A model generated the notes under the pieces. It ran no database searches. It was not told the origin of the DNA and saw nothing but the letters and a program-made list of their open reading frames with translations. 64,000 nucleotides of DNA from a virus: the IMG/VR virus record IMGVR_UViG_3300023199_000127, positions 96,001 to 160,000 of that record. One strand, 5' to 3'. The stretch's first letter is position 1, and the number at the start of each line of letters is the position of its first letter. The translations under genes and the position numbers were made by a program. Positions 17,163 to 24,460 of the stretch are shown one piece after another.

Positions 17163-17168
17163 GGGACT

Positions 17169-17540
17169 TTACCGATCTTTGAGCCGATCCATATCCTGGC
17201 ACAGCTCTCGTAGAAGTCGCTCACTGCTCTCAAACCAAATCATGGTGATCTCAGTATCAGGACCAAAGTCCTCATAAGCACCACCATACTTACGCATATG
17301 CTCATAGAACTGCTGAGAGTTGTCATACCCCAACAGAAAAGCATCAGCAAACCGAGCGGTTGTTTTCTCAACACCAAAGATCAAGATAGGCTTCGAGTAA
17401 CTTCTGTCCTCAGAAACAGCACGACACTCACCAGGAATGTAATCACGGAAACCTGCTCTCACCGTTACTCTAATGTCTTCGCTCTTGATGCCAGGCAAAA
17501 GGTCATCTGCGAAGACAAGCGGTGCATTCACAATTTCCAT
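17169..17540 (-). CDS. ASCH-domain protein
   Basis: F......IKS...RVTVRAGFRDY pattern followed by a DA...GY...F helix region. Confidence 0.55.
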   Translation of the reverse strand: MEIVNAPLVFADDLLPGIKSEDIRVTVRAGFRDYIPGECRAVSEDRSYSKPILIFGVEKTTARFADAFLLGYDNSQQFYEHMRKYGGAYEDFGPDTEITMIWFESSERLLRELCQDMDRLKDR

Positions 17541-18728
17541 TCATACATCCTCTCGAAAAGTGATGCCAACAGGTAGGAAAGGCTTTAGGTCCTTGGTCCT
17601 TTGCTGGAATCGCACCGTCAGCTTCCTACCAATGTAGTCATCCTTGTTGGACAAATATCCTTCGCGGATCTGCTGATTACCACGCGGAACGACGTCAAAC
17701 TCCTCGTCATTGACGTCGTTCTTGCAGACAAAGACCACAGCCTTTTCATGCTTGCCCTTACCAGGCTTAGCATCAATAACCATGAACTCCTCGTCCTCGA
17801 ACTGTTTCAACTTCAGCAGTTCGTTAGAGCGATAACCCCATTCATAGAACCCAGTACGAGAGCGTACCATGGCGCCCTCATATCCCCTGGCAACTACTCT
17901 GGTCTCCGCAGCTTTCAGCTCCTGCAGATCATTCACTGTCTTTGAAGGTACGAGACGTATCAACGGCTCGTGCCGGCGGAACTTCTCGCCGTATATGAGA
18001 TAGAGATACTCAGCGCGCTCTGACCAAGGAGCTTCGTCTCCATGCACAGGAATAACCGGCATGTCGAAGATCCAATACTCGAGCTTCACACGATCGTCCT
18101 TCGGGTTCTTGGAATTATGCTTAGGGACCAAGGCATTGATCTCCTCTAGCAGCATCCCATGGATGTACAACTCGCCATCGAAGACACATCCTCGAGGCAA
18201 GATGTTCTGGATGGGGTCCGTGACATGCTCCAGGAAAGGAAAGAGCTTGCCGCTGTTAGAGCGCAAGGTGACCTTGCCCTCCTCCCATTGTGCGGTTGCA
18301 CGGACCCCATCCAGCTTGGGCTGGACATCAAAGCCACTTGAATTGGCCTCCATGAACTTCTTGGCTTTGGAGGTGAGGTGATACTCGCCTTCCTTGTCTT
18401 GCCGATAGAAGGGCTGAGCCTTCATCGGCTGGGACAAGGGTGCCTGAGCATCCTCCACGGTAAGCGAGTATTTGCGCTCCAGCTTATGCTTGTGCTTATA
18501 CAGAGCCTCATTAATAGCCTGCTGCTCTGCTGTAGTCTCATGCTTCTTGCCCACATTTGTCGGCTGAGCGCGTACCTTCGACGTCTGCTTCTTACCGTCG
18601 ATAGTACCGTAGCTAGTGTAGACAAACTGATCCTTAGCCCACACCTGCCACACTCTCATTTCGCCCTTTCTGCCCTTATGGTAGAGAGGGGGGCATGTAT
18701 GCGATGCATCATCCGGAGCGAGATTCAT
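17541..18728 (-). CDS. lig: ATP-dependent DNA ligase
   Basis: QPKLDGVR (motif I), FDGELY, IFDM, YEGAMVR, LLKLK, and an OB domain ending PFLPV. Confidence 0.95.
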   Translation of the reverse strand: MNLAPDDASHTCPPLYHKGRKGEMRVWQVWAKDQFVYTSYGTIDGKKQTSKVRAQPTNVGKKHETTAEQQAINEALYKHKHKLERKYSLTVEDAQAPLSQPMKAQPFYRQDKEGEYHLTSKAKKFMEANSSGFDVQPKLDGVRATAQWEEGKVTLRSNSGKLFPFLEHVTDPIQNILPRGCVFDGELYIHGMLLEEINALVPKHNSKNPKDDRVKLEYWIFDMPVIPVHGDEAPWSERAEYLYLIYGEKFRRHEPLIRLVPSKTVNDLQELKAAETRVVARGYEGAMVRSRTGFYEWGYRSNELLKLKQFEDEEFMVIDAKPGKGKHEKAVVFVCKNDVNDEEFDVVPRGNQQIREGYLSNKDDYIGRKLTVRFQQRTKDLKPFLPVGITFREDV

Positions 18729-18999
18729 GGTACTTCCTTAGAAACCTTTCAACGCCTCTTACAGAAAAAGGCCACACATCCATTTCAGTATAGATCCTGA
18801 CGTTGTCAAAGAAACATCCTCGATATTCAACCGTTCCCGGGTCCTTAGTTTCTTGGAATCTATTCATTCTATACACCAGAATATCAATCTGCTGTACTGT
18901 GAGATACAACACAGGTGCCAGGTGAGCGTCACTGCCAATGGGAACAAAATCAATGTGTTCAGGTATTCTTCTAAGGTTCATTTCATAGCAAGGAGCCAT
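18709..18999 (-). CDS. Hypothetical protein
   Basis: ORF in gene-sized slot. Confidence 0.5.
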   Translation of the reverse strand: MAPCYEMNLRRIPEHIDFVPIGSDAHLAPVLYLTVQQIDILVYRMNRFQETKDPGTVEYRGCFFDNVRIYTEMDVWPFSVRGVERFLRKYHESRSG

Positions 19000-19081
19000 G
19001 AAACCGTAGCAACCTTCTTCTTTGTACCGCGTGCCCTAATGGCGCGCGGGACTAACGTGTAGTGCCATATCTAAAGAGGAA

Positions 19082-19157
19082 TGGTGGACCCGACAGGATT
19101 TGAACCTGCGACCCCCTGCGTGCAAAGCAGGTGCTCTCCCAGCTGAGCTACGAGCCC
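19082..19157 (-). tRNA. tRNA-Ala (UGC), CCA encoded
   Basis: 76-nt cloverleaf, G3:U70, anticodon loop TTTGCAC. Confidence 0.97.
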
Positions 19158-19174
19158 ATGTTGTTGTGGAAATT

Positions 19175-19357
19175 CCCTACCTGGTCTTTTTGTTCCGAAG
19201 ACAGAGTTCCAGAGCTGAAGTGTATGCGGCCGGCACCACCCATATGGTCTGTCCAGGTTCTGTCCTTAGCTGAAGTCAATGTGGCCACGCCGACAGCTCT
19301 TTTAGGATAGACTAGCCAGTCAACTACCCGTGAACACTTATTCGCAGGCAGGTAGGG
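19175..19357 (-). ncRNA. Unidentified 183-nt closed-stem structured RNA, 6S-like candidate
   Basis: Perfect 9-bp terminal helix CCCTACCTG/CAGGTAGGG and nested internal helices; no ORF. Confidence 0.45.
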
Positions 19358-19365
19358 GTCATCGA

Positions 19366-19513
19366 TCTCTCATCGATTTTGGTCCTTGTGTTTTTTGTGC
19401 AGTCATCAAAGGCCTAAACATTGACTGCTTGTAACTCGCGGTGACCTCTTCAACGGTGCCCTCGTCAACCTATGGTCAACTGCCAGGGTCCTATCCTGTC
19501 GATCACCGAGAGA
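19366..19513 (-). ncRNA. Unidentified 148-nt structured RNA candidate
   Basis: Terminal TCTCTC/GAGAGA and ATCGA/TCGAT helices, plus hairpins GCAGTCA/TGACTGC and GTTGACC/GGTTGAC. Confidence 0.4.
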
Positions 19514-19514
19514 A

Positions 19515-19588
19515 TGGAGGCGGGGTGGGACTCGAACCCACGACCTTCAGCTTATGAGGCTGACAAACTACCACTACTCCACCCCGCC
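19515..19588 (-). tRNA. tRNA with CAU anticodon (Met-type, atypical)
   Basis: Anticodon arm TCAGC-CTCATAA-GCTGA, T arm GTGGG-TTCGAGT-CCCAC, CCA end. The D stem and acceptor are irregular. Confidence 0.8.
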
Positions 19589-19657
19589 GGGTAAAGACTC
19601 AAGCTTAAATGCACAAGGGCGCTTGAGTTGTGCCTATGCTATAGGTGCATCTCTTTT

Positions 19658-20056
19658 TGGTGGAGGCGGTGGGAATCGAACCCACGTGCTGCATCGTCCT
19701 TCCAAGGACATCTACATGTGTGTCTCATTGCTTCGTGGATTAAAGCATTCAAGCGCAATGAGCAAAGCGTCCCTACTAGAAAGCTTTCCCTTACCAGGGC
19801 AGCGCTTTCGCTGAGTCAGCAGTCTTTCCTGCCGTCATCCTCCTGGAACCTGGAGGCAAGGCTTGCGGCCCTTAGGCCGCGAGGCGAGCGACGCCACCGG
19901 AGCTCTTAACGAGCACCGGCACGAGGCTGCCGAGGGTGCGCTTGGAGCGCTTGAAACCGTTCTTTGCGGTTACGTTGTCCAGGGTTTTACGAGGCCACCT
20001 GGAACCTCGACATGCAGTCTCTTTTCAGTAACGACCAGTCGATACCGGTCGCCCCC
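19658..20056 (-). ncRNA. ssrA: tmRNA
   Basis: 5' GGGGGCGACCGGTATCGAC, 3' GTGGGTTCGATTCCCACCGCCTCCACCA, G3:U70, a PK1-like region, and a tag ORF at 19967-19872 ending LAA*. Confidence 0.95.
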
Positions 20057-20087
20057 ATGTTGTTAAAGACCAGGGACCCAGTCTATC

Positions 20088-20315
20088 CTAAAGGATGAAC
20101 TGGGTCCAAATATAGAGGGTGTAACCCATCTGTTCAACAAAATGCTTGAATGCTTCAAGGTCATTTTTGATGTCGGGCAGATCTTCCCAATCATCTACTA
20201 TGTACACGTCGAGGATCCAGTCATCATGGATCTCCTTGATCCATTCAAAGAAAATAGGTGCGACTTGCATGATCGCCTGATCCTCAGTACCGCTGGTTCA
20301 TATACGAGTCTTCAT
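20088..20315 (-). pseudogene. Small ORF, possibly interrupted by TGA at codon 6
   Basis: Strong RBS GGAGGAG then MKTRI*TSGTEDQAIMQVAPIFFEW..., in frame with the 20088-20270 ORF. Confidence 0.4.
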
Positions 20316-20574
20316 TCTCCTCCAACTCAATGACCCAAACCTGCGTTTGCTGCAATTCGGTGTCACATACACGAAATGCCATGCTCTGTGTATCTCCAAG
20401 CTCCGTGATTGATGATAGTCCCGTCACGTTTAGTGACCGGATAAATCCGCGACAACCATACGTGAGTAGCCTGCATGTGTCTACGAAATAGACGTCCCTG
20501 CATATAGCCCATGCGACACTCATGCATAGGACTATACACCCACGGCGCAAACCTGGGAGATACGGCAGCTGCCA

Positions 20575-21465
20575 CTAGTATCTCTTGTTGTGTGTCGCTG
20601 GACGCTTGGAGTTCACCTGGAATTTCGCATGAATCTCCTGAGCAAAACGGTACGGAGTCATCTCATGACGCTCGCAATAGCGGCGCACAAAGTCGCAGAG
20701 TCGAATGAACACATCGCTCACCTCCTCCCAGACACCGTCCTTGCCATTCCAGTTTGCAGGCTTCTTGCGGAGAGCTTCAATGGCCTCATGGACCTCACCG
20801 GCCATGAGGGCCAGCATGATAGCAGGATCACCAACAACATCAGCTCTATGCAAAGCTTCCACTGCAGTCTCAATATCCTGCTGCTGGAATCCAGCCTCCC
20901 GCAAAGCTTGACGTGCCATGTTTTTATGGCACTCCCAGAATCCCTTGTTCTCTGACTGCTTACCGCAGGCATCGACAAAGGCAGCAAAGCTACGACAGAA
21001 TGTCTCTACATCCCTATCGTCTTCGTTTAGCTCATCCAGCCACTCCTGGAAGTTCCACTGGTGGCCACCTACATCTCCATGCCACTTCTTAATCCACGTA
21101 TCAGCCTCCTCCAAGGAGTTTGTTACAGGGATATCGTTCTTATGGCAAAAGGTAACCTCACGGTCCGCTCCGGCCGAAAGGCCAGGGATGCGGACCAGCA
21201 TGTCACAACGCAGGATAACCTGCTCATCCATGCCCAGCCAATACTCCCACGTATGGTAGTACTTGCCTTCGTCCAGGATCTGTCCCAGATGGGACAGATG
21301 CGGGACAAAAACTGCAGCACCCATTGCACGGACCTTATCGCCCCACTCAATAGCGGTACGCACATGGTCCATACGAACTTCCTCTTCGAATCCACCATCG
21401 ACATTCCGCTCACCAGAGAGCGGACCAGCAATGTAGATCAAAGGTTCAGAGGGTCTATTGCGCAT
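20575..21465 (-). CDS. DUF4406/nucleoside-deoxyribosyltransferase-like domain fused to a MazG-like NTP pyrophosphohydrolase
   Basis: N-terminal IYIAGPLSG...D.......CD......G.S.GA..E; C-terminal GEVHEAIEALRK...EEVSDVFIRLCD. Confidence 0.75.
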   Translation of the reverse strand: MRNRPSEPLIYIAGPLSGERNVDGGFEEEVRMDHVRTAIEWGDKVRAMGAAVFVPHLSHLGQILDEGKYYHTWEYWLGMDEQVILRCDMLVRIPGLSAGADREVTFCHKNDIPVTNSLEEADTWIKKWHGDVGGHQWNFQEWLDELNEDDRDVETFCRSFAAFVDACGKQSENKGFWECHKNMARQALREAGFQQQDIETAVEALHRADVVGDPAIMLALMAGEVHEAIEALRKKPANWNGKDGVWEEVSDVFIRLCDFVRRYCERHEMTPYRFAQEIHAKFQVNSKRPATHNKRY

Positions 21466-21743
21466 TTGTTTTCCTTTGTACAATGTGAAGCCAGTAATAA
21501 CACTAACGTCAAGTCAAGACCAAATACTTTCTCTGACCATTGCCTTAATGTTCGATATCCCTTGGGTGCCTCTCGTCGCTCATACAAAGAGAAAAACACA
21601 CGCAGTGCCTGATGACGTTTATAAGAAGGAACCTTCCAGGGTTCATTCTTAATCATTCGCGCAGGAATCTATATTCCTATCAGGATCCTGGCATAAGTAT
21701 CAATCGGATCGTCGGGCATTTTATCGACAATACGGATAGCCAT
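21438..21743 (-). pseudogene. ORF with in-frame TAG, or two tiny ORFs
   Basis: RBS GGAGGA then MAIRIVDK...ILIGI*IPARMIKNEPW...; the TAG at 21669-21671 is in frame with the 21438-21656 ORF. Confidence 0.35.
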
Positions 21744-21744
21744 A

Positions 21745-22374
21745 CTATCCTCCGAGCTGATCTTGTAGTTCCTGAGAGATCTGCAAAGCAACGATCTTAC
21801 CACCTCCAGGTCCCTGCATGCGGATAGGGCTAGCAAGACAAATGATGGGCAGAACACGCCCAAGAACTTCCGGCTTCCATCCCCTAGTCTGGTCTTCCCA
21901 TTCCTGAAAATAGTTCGGAGCTTCCCGGTTCGTATGAATGAACATGAAATGACGAGTAAGCTGGCGGAGCCAGTCCATTCCCTGTAGTTCGCTACACAGT
22001 ACAGCTCTGTAGAACGCAGGGAAATCATTCAATGACATGACCATCCAATCCCCTCTTAGGGTAAGGATCATGCGCATCTTATCGAGCGGAAAGCTAGCCG
22101 GGAACTTCTCTCGTTCCTTCTTGTAGCGCTTTGGCCACGTAGCTACATCGCTCTTGAGATTTCCAGTGTGTTTGCACTCGACAATAATCGAGTCAAACGG
22201 CTTAGGCCAATCCTTCTTACCGATGTGCTCATACCACTCGTCAACATCAACCACCACGTCGGACGGCGATGTGCCTGTCCGACGATGATCGTTCTTCAGG
22301 CTCTGTTTATGACGCTCAGTGCCGAAGAGTTTAGCGACAGATCGTTCGTGGACTTTCCAAGCTTTATCTACCAT
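21745..22374 (-). CDS. PD-(D/E)xK nuclease, Holliday-junction-resolvase-like
   Basis: WK.HER.VA, SDVVV and IVECK motifs. Confidence 0.65.
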   Translation of the reverse strand: MVDKAWKVHERSVAKLFGTERHKQSLKNDHRRTGTSPSDVVVDVDEWYEHIGKKDWPKPFDSIIVECKHTGNLKSDVATWPKRYKKEREKFPASFPLDKMRMILTLRGDWMVMSLNDFPAFYRAVLCSELQGMDWLRQLTRHFMFIHTNREAPNYFQEWEDQTRGWKPEVLGRVLPIICLASPIRMQGPGGGKIVALQISQELQDQLGG

Positions 22375-22379
22375 AGCTG

Positions 22380-23153
22380 TTACAGAATACCATGGGCCCT
22401 GATATGCACCATGATCTCCTTATGAATCTCTTCGGCCGGCCTATCTGCCCAGACACGCATCACGGGACCGTACTCGACGTCGTTCCAGTTATGCTCAAAG
22501 AGATTCTCAAAAGCCTCCTGAGTTTTCAGGAGGCGATCGCCCTTCTCGTAAAGACTCTGCTGAACTTTACCACCTGCACCAGCCCCTTCAGCACGACGCT
22601 TGATACGATTCATCGTGACCTCCACAGGCTGGTCCAGCCAGATCCAAAGATCAGGAGCCTTAAGTTTCTCAGCAGCCACGAGAGCCAGCTGCTGGACCTC
22701 GGGGCTGTTGAACTGATAGGCATAAGTGCTAGCCCAACTACGAGACTGAATGACGAAGGTTCTATCGATTTCCTCATTCTCCTTACGTAGCCAAGCAGCA
22801 TGATGCTCATGCTCCTCCAGATCATAAGGAGTCAGCTCACCACGAGATTCCGAATTACTGCCCCAGACCTTACGGTCCAAGGAGATCATATCCGTAAGGA
22901 ACAGTGGAGACGTCATTAGATGTGCCACACTGGGATCCATTCCATGCTCACTGATTTCCTGCCAAGCCTTACGGAGCATCTCGCCATACTGCGTCTGCTC
23001 ATTCTGAGGAAGACCCGGGTCATTACCACCCGTAGGCGTGCGCAGAAAGTAGGGCACCTTCCCATACGTCTGCACATTGGTATGCAGCATTTGAAGCTGG
23101 GTATCCTTACCCGTACCGTCAATGCCCTCGATAATGATGTGGCGTGCACTCAT
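22380..23153 (-). CDS. tmk: Thymidylate (dTMP) kinase
   Basis: IIIEGIDGTGKDTQ, RSWASTYAYQ and PDLWIWLD motifs. Confidence 0.88.
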   Translation of the reverse strand: MSARHIIIEGIDGTGKDTQLQMLHTNVQTYGKVPYFLRTPTGGNDPGLPQNEQTQYGEMLRKAWQEISEHGMDPSVAHLMTSPLFLTDMISLDRKVWGSNSESRGELTPYDLEEHEHHAAWLRKENEEIDRTFVIQSRSWASTYAYQFNSPEVQQLALVAAEKLKAPDLWIWLDQPVEVTMNRIKRRAEGAGAGGKVQQSLYEKGDRLLKTQEAFENLFEHNWNDVEYGPVMRVWADRPAEEIHKEIMVHIRAHGIL

Positions 23154-23196
23154 AGTTTTCTCTGTATGTAAGAACTACTCCTAAGCACTAGACGGC

Positions 23197-23219
23197 GAAG
23201 CGAGGAGTATCCTCGCTTC
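23197..23219. other. Intergenic perfect hairpin downstream of the SSB gene
   Basis: GAAGCGAGGA-GTA-TCCTCGCTTC (10 bp), extendable to CTAGA/TCTAG. No U tract on the minus strand. Confidence 0.6.
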
Positions 23220-23249
23220 TCCCTCTAGCTAGTACTACAGAGTTCAACC

Positions 23250-23867
23250 CTAGAAAGGGATGTCCTCGTCGGGAAGATCGTCACCACCAGCCACCGGCGG
23301 AGTAGCCGGAGCAGCAGGGGCGGCAGGCGCTGCAGGTGCAGCCGGTGCCGCGGGAGCTGCGGGTGCAGCTGGCGGCGCAGCCGGAGTGGTCGGAGCCGGC
23401 TGGGTCGGAGGCGTGGGGCCTCCAGAAGCAGCAGCCGGGGCATTGTTGCCCTTGTCAGGCGCCGGAGAACCGACAGGGAGACCAAGGCGAGCACACTCAG
23501 CCTCATAGTCCTTGATGATCTTGTCGGTGAACTTGAAGAACAAGTTCTTGTCCTCCGGGAAGAAGTAGACGACATTCGCCCACTCATCCTTGCCATTCTT
23601 CTGGTACTTGCGGCTGGGCATGGCAACCCACCACTTGTTCTTGTCCCGGGAGAAGCGGATGATCAGATCCTGGATCGAGACCCAACGCTGTCCACCAGCT
23701 TCCGGTTTCTTGTTGTATACATCGACCGTGACCCGGGCAAACATGCCCTTCTGGATCATAGCCGCCGTACCCAGCTGGACTTTATTTACCAGCCACATAC
23801 GGTTCACATCGCCACCAGTAGTGGCTGCGGCCGCCGGTGCTGCCGGCGGAGGGGGAGGGGTACTCAT
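23250..23867 (-). CDS. SpoVG/PC4-like ssDNA-binding protein with SSB-type acidic tail
   Basis: IQDLIIR...WVAMPSRK matches the SpoVG-type core; Pro/Ala linker; C-terminus DDLPDEDIPF. Confidence 0.75.
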   Translation of the reverse strand: MSTPPPPPAAPAAAATTGGDVNRMWLVNKVQLGTAAMIQKGMFARVTVDVYNKKPEAGGQRWVSIQDLIIRFSRDKNKWWVAMPSRKYQKNGKDEWANVVYFFPEDKNLFFKFTDKIIKDYEAECARLGLPVGSPAPDKGNNAPAAASGGPTPPTQPAPTTPAAPPAAPAAPAAPAAPAAPAAPAAPATPPVAGGDDLPDEDIPF

Positions 23868-24460
23868 ACTTCGGTTTCTCCTTGAGCTTCTTCATGCTCA
23901 TCTATCAAATCGTCCGGTAATGCATCTCCATGAGCGTAGACACTACTACTAATAGTGCCCATCCTCTGGTACATGCGTTCTTCAATCGTTTCTCGTTCTT
24001 TCCCAAGCTTACTAATGAATTTCAGGAAACGCTGGAGACTCAGAACAGTAGGTTGTGCAGTCGACAGGATGTGGATTATGGCACGCAGCCCTACCTGTGC
24101 TCCTACTGCTGCGTATACCATTTCATCTTCACAGTCATCCTCATCGACATGGTCGATGAGGTACCTCACGTCACACTCAAAAATGTCCCAGAGAAGACGG
24201 ACTACGTCAACTATTCTGGGATCATCATTTTGTTCACGTGCATTTTCATAAGCAATGCAAACTGCATTCTCTGCTGCAGCTTGTAACTCACGAGATCTAT
24301 TCAACAAACCCGTTATCGAAGCTCGCAGTTTTTTGGCAACACGTTCATGATCCTGAGCAGACTCAACTAGCAGCATTGCTCGTTGCCACGCTTGGTCTGC
24401 ATCAAGTCCAGTATGCTCTAGATACTCAGGAAGGCCTGCCAGTCCAACACGTTGAGCCAT
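23864..24460 (-). CDS. Hypothetical protein
   Basis: Coupled to neighbours by overlapping start and stop codons. Confidence 0.7.
   Translation of the reverse strand: MAQRVGLAGLPEYLEHTGLDADQAWQRAMLLVESAQDHERVAKKLRASITGLLNRSRELQAAAENAVCIAYENAREQNDDPRIVDVVRLLWDIFECDVRYLIDHVDEDDCEDEMVYAAVGAQVGLRAIIHILSTAQPTVLSLQRFLKFISKLGKERETIEERMYQRMGTISSSVYAHGDALPDDLIDEHEEAQGETEV

Noticed and set aside
19554-20066. Plus- and minus-strand ORFs over the tRNA/tmRNA region
   Set aside because: Shadows of RNA genes; only the tmRNA tag frame is supported.
23290-23420. 9-bp-period tandem repeat in the SSB gene
   Set aside because: It is a Pro/Ala linker with varied synonymous codons, not a DNA-level repeat element.
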